This document shows positions 1 through 13,829 of a DNA stretch of 64,000 nt, in pieces. Under the pieces are notes generated by a model. It was given only the letters and a program-made list of their open reading frames with translations, had not been told where the DNA came from and did not search any database. How positions within the stretch are numbered: the first letter of the stretch is position 1; every line of letters begins with the position of its first letter. The DNA is taken from assembly GCA_002633005.1 (NCBI GenBank), contig NMRA01000112.1:214864-278863 (forward strand), read 5' to 3'. The position numbers and the translations under genes were made by a program. Origin of the DNA: Phoronis australis (lineage: Eukaryota > Animalia > Phoronida).

Positions 1-1449
1 CCGGATTTTTTAATTGTTCCGTTGATGTGTGCAGCATCGCTACGTACATCAGTGCTCTGTCGACTGACTAACCGACGACCACAGTGCGGATAATTAGGCT
101 TTTTGTACTCGATCACCGTGCTTCGAGATTACTCGAAAGCCTCAATTTGCCGATGAAATACACATATTTTTTGTTTTCTGAATAAAAAATATTCCCTGAG
201 GTCAGAATGGTACAACATATCAGTCAATCCACTCGACCGTGACGCCTCGTGTATCTCGTTTTGCCGTGCCCAGTTGCGGGCATGACGTCATTCCTATTGG
301 ATGCCGTTCAAGAATTAAAGTTGCATTACGCCGTTCAGCTTGCTAAAAAACGAAAATCGAATTCAGCGTTGACTGTCATAAACGCGGTCTCATCATATTT
401 GTTACCGTGATAGGATTTCATTTCCGTTACCATGCTCGAGTCACAGGCTGTCGGCGTGTACCTGCGCCTTTTTCGAAATCGATTTTAGGGTTGGCGAACC
501 CCAATAAACTCTGAAGCGTTTTGTTGAGTTGCTGATGATGTCGATGTTCTTGTCGGTAACTGAAACAGAATCCTATCACGACAAGGAAATTTTTTAGACC
601 AATTTTAACAGAGTCAAGAGACCTAATTCGATTTTCGTTTTCAAGACTGAATGTTACATGCACTTAGAAAATGAAAGTAAAATCTGTACTTAACCCCACG
701 CCCTGTTAAGATCGTGTTTTTTACAAACACCATTTAATCCGTTCTCAGTGGTGTGCGTTTCTTCATAAATTGGAGATAATGAAACGCTGAAATATAATAA
801 TTTTATTGGTGTGTTAGCGTCTAGTTTCCCCAAGGCGACACTTTGCGGAGAACGTGACTCCTGCCAGTATGAAAACACTATCTTTACTACATAAATGCAC
901 CATCCTGCTTTTGGAGGGGCCGTACCTCTTTTTGAAGTTTGTCCCGTCAAATTATCAAAATCATTTTGATGTCCCGATTTTTGACACACGACATTGACGA
1001 AGTAACATTTATGTTCGTGCACTTTCAACACGATTTACTCCAATTTCACGAGCACGGCTAAACAGAGAAAGAAAAAATAACGCCGGCGGCGTGATTTTGG
1101 GTGTTGCGGCGAATATTTGCCACGTGCGTTATCGCCCACATTCAGGTGTCCTACTTTTTCGTTTTCAACTGTTGGCAATCGTTGTTGTCCCGTCTGACAA
1201 TGGTGAAACTGATAACAAATAGTAACAGAGTAAGTAAGTTGGTGTGACAACTTTACATTCAGGCACTTAGTATTGAAGAACTCTACGTGTCATCCTGCTG
1301 ACTAAATAAACTTGACAGCATGATTTATAATTACTTCTAGGTACGTGTATGACACTGAATGGTACCTGGAAATATACAATAGAGCCCCGCCCGCCGTCTG
1401 GGTCGAGAGCACACGACCGTGAACTATCATATCGTCTGTTGGATTGATG

Positions 1450-2150
1450 CTTTAAAAGGATACCAGACCCGTTTTAGCCGGCTTAACAGATATTAAAAAC
1501 GACATCTCCGTCTTGTTCCTTGAAACAAAACAACGCTCTATAACCATCGACAACCCTCAAATGTTTCGAGCAAAATTTGAAAATTCCTTGTAAAATCTGC
1601 TAAAGGAGCAAGCGTGACCTACGTTTTAGGCGGGTTAAGTGACAACTGGAAACGATCTACCAAAAACTATAGTTTCCTCCTACATGTGACCAATGAGCTA
1701 TGCCTCGTTGATGTGACACAGAGCCTGAGTATAAGTTTTTAGTCGAATCCTGTTTCTATGTGATCACTGACGTAGGACAACAACAATGCATTAGCAGGTG
1801 ATGAAACGAGGATTGGTTGAAATCATCAAAACAAGGTTTAGTATCTTTTTAACTATCAGTGACCGCTGTTTTTGTCGTTTTTGATTTGAATATAATTTGC
1901 AGAAGCTTATTCAGTAAAAAGGCGAAAACTTCATATTACGGCTACAAATTATATGCAGAGCGGAATTAATTTCCTGTCTTACTGGCCCAACAGGCATCAA
2001 TACTAGCATTTCCTTCAAAAGTTGAACAGCTCTGTGACTTTTCAATGCCAGATTTTCTGTTACTTAGAGTTAAACGTTTAATTTACAAGCGACAATACAA
2101 CGCGTATAAACATTTCAGTCTGAATATGCAGACACGAACTCTTTGAAAAA
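1450..2150 (+). repeat. Decayed dispersed repeat; inverted homologue at about 28800-29640
   Basis: aaccatcgacaaccct...aaaatttgaaa...gcaagcgtgac (1542-1618) and tcatcaaaacaagg (about 1823) match the reverse complement of 29545-29620 and 29375-29387. Confidence 0.5.
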
Positions 2151-2594
2151 AAACGATGTTTATATCGAGAGACGAATAGCTTAATTAAAATAACCTTTCA
2201 TGTGTATTTCGCACCTGAAAATTTACACCAGTCATAAAGTTATTTCAACGCAAGGATTTCGAAAACGCATCATTTTGCGGTAGGCAATGAATAGTCCTGA
2301 AAAAAGTTATTTGGTGAAACGGAGACTGATGAAGTTAAGTGATTAATCAATGCTCGTCTTCTCAGCTACATTCGAAAAAACAACGCTATTCAAAGACAAG
2401 GTCGTTGACCCTGATGCTTAGACATTCGACAGACATCACTACTTTGACGTGGAACGGATATTGACCGCGTTTTATGTGTTATTCAAAGTCCCTTGATTAA
2501 AGAGACAAAAGTTCATCTGTTCTTCACACAGTATACTCATACCTGGAAGACGTTGTACAAAAACTGCCATAACAGAGTGTAAACTACAACAGAC

Positions 2595-2672
2595 CATGGG
2601 CGGCGCAGCACTGAGATAAGTGTTTGGGGAGGGGGACTATAGCCCACCAGCCCCTATGGTGGGCCGCCCATG
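2595..2672. repeat. About 75-bp dispersed repeat family with CATGGGCGGC/GCCGCCCATG ends (copy 1)
   Basis: Shares cagcactga...gggctatagccc...cccctatggtgcgccgcccatg with 5299-5443 and 13720-13829. Confidence 0.7.
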
Positions 2673-5298
2673 TAGACGAGTGTAAAAATAATATGCTCCA
2701 GAACGATATTTCTATATTGAATAAATAACTCTACATTGTAATTTTACACAAAATTAACAATAACAACATTTCTGAAAGCGTATGATATGTTATCATTTTC
2801 AGAATATCTTTTTAATTTGATACGAAAATGCTCTATAGTTTTGTCGATTCCGCAGACAGATGCATGTAAATAAATTAGAATACGATTCACCTTTCACCTT
2901 TCTCGAAATCTCTCAGTTTTCATCATGAAAATTTGGTACACTGAGATCTTGCCACATGCGACTCGACACGAAGCTATGTTCTCAACCATATCTCGTCATT
3001 ATTTCCTGATGCGTAATAAGTTACTACCACACTCAGTTCATTTGTGAAGCGTGTCTATGTGAAGATGATACCCAGCTGAAAGGCCACACTCTACTGCTGA
3101 AGGTGTCAGCTTGCAATGTCTGTCGTCATTTCATCGCATGAAAAAATGCGATCATCGGGCGGGCTACCGATAACCTATCGAAAAACTTTTTTTTCTCAAA
3201 TAATAAGAATTGGACTAACGAGGATAGTGGCATTTTGATGAATTTCTACGGGAAGTTCGTTGCTGCAAACATAGCATGCATACACGTCACTCTTTGGTAG
3301 TGTTTCAGCTGTACAGGAAAAGCGTACACATGAGTAAAACGCTCACTGCTTGTGTAGTTTAGTTAAAAATTTCTCACGCTTTACAACAAAGGCTTGACAT
3401 GAGTGTACGATGGAGCCTGGGCTCTGTTTCATAAACAGTGACGTAAGACAGTGAAGTAAGACAGAAGTTTGGACTTGGCTCCCACTTCCCAAATGCTGAA
3501 AAAAGTTTATCCAAGTAATGAGTGTATTACAGAAATTATCTTAGTAAGTAGCAGTTATGTGTATATTCCCACAATCTTTGCGTTTTCGCTCAAGTGAGGT
3601 TTAACTATGTTTCAATAATAGTTATGTGGAGCTTAAGATCAAATTCTGTCGTAGGCTTAGTCACATTACTCGTTGTCTACCACTTACCCAAAGCAATTCC
3701 GGGTTATCAAACTATTCTACTGATCTGAATTTTAAAATCGATAACTAGGTTAAAAAATTAGAGATACCCAGGCGAATTTGGCGGGGAGGCGCAGTTTCAT
3801 CCTCAGATTCAGATAACTATTAAGGAAATTCTGGCAAAAAATCTGGGCAGCGGAGCACCCAATGGAAAAGAAAGGTATGCAAATCGGTGGCCAACGGTGG
3901 GGGGGGGGGGGGTNGGGGGGGGGTTGGCTATCGGGTACCAGTCTCCTCCACCGTACTACATTCGGATTCGGGCAATGCCACAGAGCAGCCAAATCCAGAT
4001 ATCCAGATACGTCTAAGTTAAAATGGATGGATTTTTGCATGCGGATACACCTGTAAGTTGTCTTCAGGTCTCGAGAGATTACCACTTCCTCCTGTCTTTC
4101 ATCGAACATAAATTGGCCTTTGTTTCTGAATATACCACAGCAGTCTCCGTCCGGTGGACCTTTACCGTATAGTTAGCGCATTGGCAAAACCTCTCGTCAA
4201 ATCACTTTGATCCCGCGAGATTGTCATCTATTGTACATTTATCTCACGCTTCTCTCACCCTGGCGAAGATATGTTTTTTTTTTCTATCGACTACCAGCCT
4301 GAGGGCTTTGGCCGCACTTTTCTCATAGCCTGAGCAGAATTCCTGAGAGGTTAATTCAGTTAGTTTGGCGACATTTTTCAAGTCGATTGCACATTGAAGT
4401 AGAAATGACGAGTTTCTGTCTAATAGGTGTTTACTCAAGCGAGTACGTTTTAACAAGACTTAACGAGAAAACTCCACATACAGTCGACGTCCTTCAGTTC
4501 AACCACGCGTACGCCAATACCAGTTTAATTTATGTTAACTCCATGACTCAACATTTCTCCTCCGGTCGTACTTGCATTGGCGTCTGTGTTTGTCCTATCA
4601 TCTCTGTGTAAATTCGTGCTCAGAAACAATAAAATCAACAAAACTAAACTCGTCACAACGATAAGTACCATGACTACAACGCATAGTCTCTCGGAACAAA
4701 ATTTATTCGGAACTTTCTCTCCTTCAGCGTAAAATACATTGTCGGACCCGATGCTTAGATTCCCTTCACTCGGCGCCAAGCTCAAGCTGTAAAAAGAAAA
4801 CATATACGTACTACACAGGCTTTATTTCACGTAGGCCTAAATGGCCACGTTGCAATGCATAATAATGAGCGGGTACAGAATATCAAAGCAGTAGGTAGCA
4901 ATTTTCTCAAGGTGTTTAAATCACGGGTCTGCAGAAAATGCCTGGTTACTACAGTATTTCGCCCACCTTATCAAATCTAAGTAAAAGTTGCGCCCGCAAA
5001 TCTGAAGATAGGTTACAACATATACAATCGAGAAGAAAGTACATCCCACATTTTAACTAAACATTCTCTTATCTATTAACAATGACTGCGCTTAACATAA
5101 ATCTTCGTAATTACTTTAATGACGTAGTTAAATGTTATTCCTTGGTGGATCGACAAAAAATTTGTAAGTTTGAGACGGTGACCGTTAAAATTGTTAACAC
5201 GCTACATTACTATGGCTTTAACTTGTTTTACATAACTACAGGTGGGGGGGGGTTAAACCTCTCCCATAATTAGTTAAGGAAGTGTTTCCTTGTATAAC

Positions 5299-5443
5299 CA
5301 TGGGCGGCACAGCACTGAAAAAAGTGGGGGCTATAGCCCCCCAGCTCCCCTATGGTGCACCGCTGATAGACCTTGGGATGCGCAGCACTGAAATAAATGA
5401 GGGGGGGCTGTAGGCCCCAGCCCCCTATGGTGCGCAGCCCATG
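5299..5443. repeat. Same 75-bp family, tandem dimer
   Basis: Two head-to-tail units joined by ataga. Confidence 0.7.
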
Positions 5444-7995
5444 ATGACACAAAACTTCCTAGTTCTATATTTTTGGTGGTGCAAGTACGAAGCTTCAGCA
5501 GTTCGAACTGCTATTTATCATTCTGTTATGTGAGTGAAAATGGCGATTTTCTAAGACAAGGAAGAGAAATTGAACATGGATCCCTGCAGTTGCAGTCTGA
5601 CGCACTGCTGGTGAAATTAAATCCCACTCGACTGATAAAGGGCAAAGTATTTTCAGCTAAGCGCATTTCGTTGATTAATAAGTCTGGACAAGGACAATAA
5701 CTTCAAAGTCTCTAATCATCCAATTTTAATCCCAAAAATAAGTTTTCGGCACGAAAAGCGGTTATGTCCCTTCAAAAACGTTCAGGAATACATAATTAAA
5801 TTCGTTAGCGTATAAAACAATAAGATTCTGTTGATGGTTACCACGCCATTTATTATATCAGTGAGAAAGACATTAATTTATAATATTTTCCTGCTTGTAA
5901 TCATCACGTTCATCATTTATTCCGTGCTTGAATATCATAATAGTTTTAATCAAGGGCGTTGTTTCTATGAACGCAACTAAGGAAGTGAATGTCAGTCCCG
6001 GCATAATCAGCGCAGAAAATGGGAACACGGTGCATGAATCTGATGGGAGCTCTGATTAACTTTCATGGTCAAACGAATGTTCCGTTGGCTGCATTTAGGC
6101 CCAAATGTACATTTGTATGCCTTGGGCTGAAAATACCCTCTGGTTGTCAGGTCAATGTATATTGAAGCGTACATGTAACTGATATCTAAGCTTACGTCGA
6201 CACAAATGGTTTACCAGTAAAAAGCATCTACACGTTCTTTTTCTCAAAAAGATACGTGAAAGTTTTCATACTTGCTGTCTTTCCTTTTTCCCACTTCGAC
6301 TGTAAAAACATCCACATTTGTCTGTCTTGGTTCTTGAGGCTTTTCATCGTCGATGTCTATCTCCACCATGGGATCGCCCGTTTCGTGTTCGAACATCTCT
6401 CCTGATGTAAGTTCTGAGACGATACAACTTTTTAAGACAGTGTGGATGTCTTACTTCGCGATCGACATGCTGTAGCTTTTTTCACAGTAATTTGATCAAC
6501 AGAAAAGATGTCCGTCACTCAGTCGACTGCTGCCATTCAATTATTCCTAGTCACCTTCTCATTAACGTAATTTGTCAGCTTCGTGAACCCGTTCGTGACC
6601 CGATGCTGAGATCGTCAATTATTCAGACAAACTGAACGAATTTTTTCAGTTCTGCTTGTACTGTGATTAATACTGTACTGGGTACGAGTTCCTTTACCAT
6701 GCTGTAGCCGTGCATGTGGGCTTATGAACGCTTTTCAATTTATTTATAGCCCCGAGGCCAGCAATCGACCTACGCACGACCCAGTTAATGTTTACTTCAG
6801 GCTGAAGCTATTGCCGTTATCACGTTGCGGCTCGGGGGACTTTTTATTAGGAAAAAATAATTCACGAGGCATTCGTAGGATAATGGCCAAATAATGTATT
6901 TTACGTGTTTACAATTTGTAGTTTTTGACAAGTATTTTTGTGCGTCGATGCACTGAAACTTAACACAATGGGAATTTTCTGTCTCCTGTGGCGATTAACA
7001 TTGTTGCGCCATTTGCCAAACAATTGTATGTGGATTATATCTTTGAACAGTGCAATTAACAGTACAATTAATCGCATTCTATGCTTATCTCAATTTTGTA
7101 AATTTTTGATATATATTGCTTAAGATTTATGTCAGTGATCAGGCGAAGTGTCTATCTTCAACTATCCTCCCGTCCGTCCTTCCATGCCGTCTATTTGTTA
7201 GTCTGGTTTTTGAATTTTGAATCTTTTAAATTTTTGAATTCACAATTTCATTTTTAGTAAAATCGAAATTTGGATCACAGATTTTGACAATTGTTTCAGT
7301 ACTAAGAGCGATGACCAGCCAACCACAGTACAGATGAATTCAAATTTCATTCTAGTCTTGGAATGACTTGCATTGTGAGTGTATCAGTTCTCAGAACAGG
7401 GCACGTTACGCAAGCGTGATACAAACACAAGTTTCTCAGTATTTCACGTCCTTGTAACCAACTTGTTCTCATCATGTGTGTTTAGACATAAAACGTCTTG
7501 ATACATCGCAGCAACAGCCTTTGACACAAAATGTGCTCTCATTGCATTTCTCCAAATGTAATTTCTATTTTTATCATGTCCGAAAATTATATCGCCTTTT
7601 CTCCAAATAGTATCGATTCGCACCGGACCGAATTTCGTGTTTGAGAGTTCGCATTTTATGAAGGATGTTTACCATTTTATTGAAATTATATTTTTTCATG
7701 TCGCATATCTCTGAGGATCTTTTTAGCCATCTATAAATAAACACAAGATAAATAATTCAAGTATAATTTTGTACTTTTTAGAGTGACGACGTCACTTGGG
7801 CGCTCATTTCCGGGACACACCGGCGGACGTCGTTAGTTTGATAAACCACGGGTATTGCGTCAGTGACTGAGAGCGTGTGACAAAGACTTCCTTGTTTTAC
7901 TTTTCGGTGATTGTTTGGCGAGCGACTCCCGCTGGAGAAGCTAGTTATCCGGCAATAATGCTACTGGGAACTTCCCTTCTGAAAGGTCAGGACTG

Positions 7996-8150
7996 GCGTG
8001 CGTTCAATAACGCGCTAGGACCTACGCTAGGACCTACCTAAAATCTTGTAGCCAAAGTCACGTGTTCTCATTTAAAATACACGGCAATATCTCACGTAAT
8101 CTCACGAAGTCTTGCTTTTTAGCGAGGTCCTAGCGTTAATGAACGGGAGG
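7996..8150. mobile_element. Short Harbinger-like MITE
   Basis: CTG on both flanks; imperfect TIR cgttcaataacgc...taggacct / aggtcctagcgttaatgaacg. Confidence 0.5.
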
Positions 8151-9684
8151 CTGGTCTCTTATGTACTGAACTTCTCCAGAAATCAGGGACCCGGTGAGAC
8201 GAACCGCAGGCAAACATAAACGAAACAAACTGAAATTTCAGTTATTGTGGCGCCGCATGAATACGAATTTTAATTGAAATCAGTGAAAGCAATGAGGAAG
8301 ACTGTCAAAGTGCCGTCATTTTATTTCCCCGGTGGAAATGTTGTAATAACTTAAGCATTTCAGTTACCATATGATGTTTGCAGTGATCAATCAACTATTT
8401 CCCTTTGAGCATTTTATTCAATTATCGCGAGACTCTGGCAATAAAACCGCACATTCCGTTATCAGACAAGACATTCTTACGAAAGGACGATCGTTATGAA
8501 TTTAATACATTGGCTGACTTGGCGTGGAATATTATGCCATTATGAAGTAATGGTTTTATAACTAACCAAACTTCCTACTGTGGCTGCGGCTAAATTGTGG
8601 TCACAAAGACTTGTAATATGTTTACGCCACATCAAATACTTTTTCTTTCTCACAGTTTCACGTCTGGAGAAAGCAGAAAATCTATCGTCCATCGTGACTG
8701 GAAAACATATGCTTACGTCAAGCCGCCAGTAAACTTGAGACTTCGTGTCAAGTTTTACGTCACAGCCGTAATAATGCCGGTCAAGAGCAGTTTTGAAAGC
8801 TAATTTACATATTGATGATTTAGAATGAAAATAAGCAACGGTATGCTATTTCCTTGTGGTTTTCACAGATATATGTATGTGCATTGCCGTCTAGTTCCAG
8901 ACTACGGCCATGCTGTGGGAGAAATTATCGCACAAGATAAAATACTTGTGATTTCATAGACTCAGAACTTGAAACCTGGATCCTGGAATTACTACGTTTT
9001 GTTCTAGTTCGTCAGCAAAATCCCTAGAGCCTGCAACAAAGAATATAATTTCCGGGTCCTGGAACATGGAATATAGTACGAGAGACGTCATTGGTGTCAC
9101 AAATCAAGCTTCGACGAGAAAATTGCTTACCAGCCTGAAACATCCTTTCGTGTGACGTCATGTAAAAAAAGCAGAGCATAAATGCTAGTTGCTGTCATCG
9201 AAAAAGTCTATCTCATTCAAATGACAACAATACCAAAATTGCGTTTTCGGCCATAAAAACGAAGATGTCCCCCTAACCCTTTCCGTTAAGAGCAACTCAG
9301 TGGTACGAGATACGTTGCAAGCCTCATTGTCGCCCTTATTCTTTGATATCCCAAACACTGTCGATCTGTATGTCCGTGTATTCTTAAGTTTGAGAAGAAA
9401 TTGTAAATAAATCATCAAGAGTTCTTGACGGGATGCTCACCACTGTACCATCAAAGGAGGGAGAGAGTCCTCGCAACGAATAGAATTTTCTCCGCAGTAA
9501 TATGTTGCCGAATATTCGGGTGGCTAAAATATTATTATTCAGTCATCCAATTCCCCTTAAAATTTGTATTTTTGCACAAAGCATGAGAACAACTCGCAGG
9601 AAGTTCATTGTAAAAGCTCCGAAAGCAATGGCTCAAACTTAGGTAGGTCGGGTGACGGCATAGGTGCAAACTTGTAGTACTTTT

Positions 9685-9956
9685 CATGCGCTCACCCAGC
9701 CTAAAATATAGGGGGCTCGAATTTTTCGGAATGCGGACCTTTTACTGAAAAATTAACTAGGACTAAAATAAAAAAAAACGGGGCCACTAGTTTCAGGCCT
9801 ACGAATTGTGCATCCGTGCCGATTTCCTGTGGACTTTCTGGACTTTTGTCTCGTTTACTTACACTTTTTTGTTTCACTGAGGCGGGCCTGTTTGCCCAAT
9901 TCGCCAAATTGGGGGGCTCGTTCGAGCCCCCCGAGCCCACCCTGGATGCGCTTATG
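9685..9956 (+). repeat. Dispersed repeat (MITE-like); second copy at 13085-13312
   Basis: Both copies share agcctaaaatata.ggggctcgaattttt...ggaccttttact...ctgaggcgg...tttgccca. Confidence 0.65.
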
Positions 9957-12900
9957 CTTTTTTTGAAATTGTTTTTCTGAAATTATCTTGATTTTTAATC
10001 GAATTTATCATACTCTCTTCTACATACATACACTGTCCAGGGCCGTAGGAAGCCGGGGGGACAGTCGAGAAAAGAAAGACTGCTAAATGCGGATAACAGA
10101 GAAAATTCAAGAGAACATTTAACAACTCTGTACCATTGCATGGTTTACATTTTGAGGACCCTGGCCAGGACATTGTTTCCGCTTTCGTAGCACAGGTCGT
10201 CTAAATACACTTGGAAACGTGCACGTAATAATTCATGCATATATTTCGAAAAATCGAGAAAATTTGTAAAGCGGATTAATTTATTGGATATTTAAATTCA
10301 ATAAGTCAATTTTGCCACGACAAAACTGTATAGTTTCCAGAGCCCCCTCTCTGGCAAGGGATAACGGAGACAACTGTCGTTTTTTTTCTCGAATTGCATG
10401 TCTCTTGAGAAAAATTGATGACCTAACAGATATCATCAATTGCTGCACATTTCTTGATTTATGAAAATATAAATATTTTCATATTGAAGGAGGCCATTGC
10501 TGACATTCAAATGGCTACAGATTTTAGATTTTTATTGACAATTTCTTAAGGGTCCGCTCACGGAGAGAGCGCTCAATGTTGGACTCGATTACGTCTATTT
10601 GCCTGTTTTCTGTGAAATCGTGCAACCGACTTTCATGTTGAAAAAGGTTACTTCCTGCACCGTCTTGTGACATCACGGCAGTGAAATGAACTGTCACTCT
10701 TTTCCAAGCTTAAAGACGTTTAACCTTTCATAATTAAGGTGTCCCATTTCAGACAGGACCCTCTCTTGGTGGAGCAGTTCGGGTAACTGACCCATTTTCC
10801 TTCCAAATTCCATCAAAAACACAAAACATTCGTGCACAGCACAGCAGTATCTAGACATTCGACCCAAACAACCAAACAAATGAAAAAATACGATAGGATT
10901 GACCACCATCGAAAAAGAGTCAGGAACTTTAAAGAATGTGAAGACCGCTATTTTTATACATTTATTGGCAATGAAAACATTTACAATAACGCACAAAGAC
11001 AAAAAACCACAGACACGAACACACACACATCCATACCCTCACCTAATCCTCTTAACTCCTGAGAAAAACAGACAGTTTCGCTTACACCATCGTTCTTGCA
11101 AGTACGAACACTATAATTTTCACTTATATAATACTTTTTTGATTAAATTAAAACATCTACTTAGAATTAATGTTTTTGATCGAATTTTTAGATATAAATA
11201 AAACAATGTTTTTAAAATTTTCCTTTTTATCCAAAAAAGCCAAAAATAATATTATTGTTGGAGAGAGTGCCGACACAATGGGGATTTGATTTGATTAAAA
11301 TTTGGCTATTAACTTTTGTCCAAATTGAATTTACTGTTTCACATTCCTAAAATAAGTGTTTCAAAGTCTCTTTCGATTGTCCACAAAAAGGAACAAGAGT
11401 CGTCATCCGTAATTTGAATTATTTTTAAAAATGAGTTACTAGTCAAAATTCTCGTCAAGAGTCTGAGCTGAAGCCACCTAAATCTTGGGTCTCTTGTTCT
11501 GTTATATAGAAGAGAATTAACATCTTCCCATGAAAAATTATTTGTATTTACGTTCAGTTCCTTGGCCCATTTTGACTCCGCTTTTGAGACTTCGGAACTA
11601 TAATTTAATTGCGTACAAATTCAATTTGTTGACCCCCTCTCCCACCACTTTTCAGTTTCATTAAAATCGTTGGCATAACAGGACAATACGCATTAAAACT
11701 AACAACATTAACAGCACATTTCTGTTGGTACTTAAATATTACTGAAATTAGACTATTAAACTCGATAAAGTTCGTTTTGATACCTAAAGCATCCACAATA
11801 AAGAAGACCGCTATTTGTTAACTACTCAAAAGGACTATTTCCGTTGGTTAGTTATAAAATAATGTTGCTGTTTCCCATAGTACCACAAGAATAATATCTC
11901 TTTTGAAGATGGTTACTACATGTATGAGTTGTTTGTAAGAAATTCCCACATGTGGAAAACACTGCTGTCGAGGCTACCATTGGGGTGACCGTGTACATGT
12001 CGAACGAGTGTATTCAAATACTCGCAATAATAAATAAATTAAACCAATATTTCAGCGTTATTTTTAAGTCAAGTTAAACTCGTGAACCGTTGTATGTACC
12101 TCGGAAATGAGCAATATTACACCTTTAGATCAATGCTCAATCTCCCATTTCACTCGGTTACCCGTTAAAAATCTGCGAGCATGCATGCGGAAATGGCTCA
12201 TAACATTCCGTTTTGATCAACAAATTCGTTGGTTTCTGATTTACATGTTTGTGTGTCTACGAAAACGGACAGGTTAATAGGTGATTTTTGGCAATTAGAA
12301 GCTAATCTTTTAAGAAATGATGACGATTCAGGGAATTTAGTTGAAGCCTGAATATGGAAAAAACTATAATCCGATCCCCAAATAGTAAAGTGCATTGAAC
12401 GCTTTTTGCCTACCTAAAATAACTCTCAAAGACAGTGATGAAATTTGGGCACTTCCAAAAATTTACTCACTGACAACAAATGCATTGCTTTTTGACTTCG
12501 GTACAAGATTTGTTGTTTAAACTCACTAACAGGGGATCAAAAAGGAATGAAGTCATTAAATCAAGGCAAAAGCATTGCTCATGGATTTAATTGTTTGTTT
12601 CTGAATTACATATTTATGTATCTACGAAAGTGGGTTGATCGAGAGATGATTTTTTGACAATTACAAGCTAACCTTTTAAGAAATGACAATGCTTCAATGA
12701 ATTTAATTGCAGGCCAACATTGGGAAAATTTGATCTATCATCAGATCCCCAATTATAAAAGTACACTAAACGATTTTTGTCTATCTGAAATAAATCTCAA
12801 AGAAATTTAAGACTTTCGGACAGCTCAACAATGTGTCCTAAAATGTTCTCACAATTCAAATGACAATATTTTTTGGCTTAGGAACTAGATTACTGAGTTT

Positions 12901-13719
12901 AAGTTTACAAAGTGTTTGTCGAAAACGAAGTTTAAGTACTTTTATAAATAAAATTAAACAATTTGGAAAAGTTTTCTTTGAACTTCCTTGGTGTTTTTGG
13001 TTTCCAGTAGTATTGTACAATGAATTTTTGTTCTTCGAAACTGAATCTTTTGCTTGCGTACTACTACACACAGCCTGCACACACCAAGCCTAAAATATAC
13101 GGGGGCTCGAATTTTTGAGGATGTGGACCTTTTACTAGAGAAAGAAAACCGAATACTGGGTTCGTTCAAGGCTATGAATATTGTGCATACGCTGAATCCT
13201 GCCTTTCTAATGGATTTCTGTCTCGTTTATCTCGGACGTTTTGTTTCCCTGAGGCGGACCTTTTTGCCCACTTTGCGAAATGGGGGGATGAGCCCCCCTG
13301 AATGCGCGCATGTACGGAGCACGTCATTATAGACACACCCACTTTAAAATTAAGGTGTAACCATGCAGTAGGCCTGCGTAGAATTTCAGTTACCAACGGG
13401 AACTGAATTTTAACTCCAGACGTTGATTGAGGCGGAGATGTGTACATTTTTGGGACACACTGTATCATTTCCCCCAGCAACCAGAAACTGGACTACGGGC
13501 TGTGCTTCATCAAGGGATACTGAAACGGCCACAAAGGCACTCATACCACGCACCTCGGGACCTCACCTTTCCAAAAATTACTTCAAAGAATGGCCATAAT
13601 AAAATGAAGTTTTCCCTAAACTGGATCGTAATAAAAACGAACATTGACCTTCGACCCAGAGCAAAGAAATAGATACGAATCCACTGTTGGATCCCAGCTA
13701 TAGTTACTTCAGGTAGCTC

Positions 13720-13829
13720 CCAGCTAAAGCCCCCCAGCCCCCTGTGGTGCACCGCCTATAGACCATGGGCCCCGTAGCACTGATGGGGGGCTATAGCCCC
13801 CCGCAGCCCCCTATGGTGCGCCGCCCATG
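13720..13829. repeat. Same 75-bp family, partial tandem dimer
   Basis: cccagccccctgtggtgcaccgcctatagaccatggg...cccctatggtgcgccgcccatg. Confidence 0.7.

Larger units (their letters stand above)
2285..6396 (-). pseudogene. Type-II single-pass membrane protein gene, apparently disabled; weak TNF-ligand-like motifs
   Basis: Exon 6396-6272 (MFEHETGDP...GKRKDS, donor gtatga, phase 2) splices in frame to the acceptor at 4786 (NLSLAPSEG...LCVVVMVLIVVTSLVLLILLFLS TM segment), with a stop at 4527-4525. Coding-like fragments with stops and frameshifts continue to about 4051 and in 2542-2285. The first two exons are well supported; the TNF assignment is tentative. Confidence 0.5.

Noticed and set aside
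406-580. 26-bp imperfect inverted repeat (cgtgataggatt...ttacc)
   Set aside because: Probably internal to a decayed TE running off the window edge; boundaries could not be defined.
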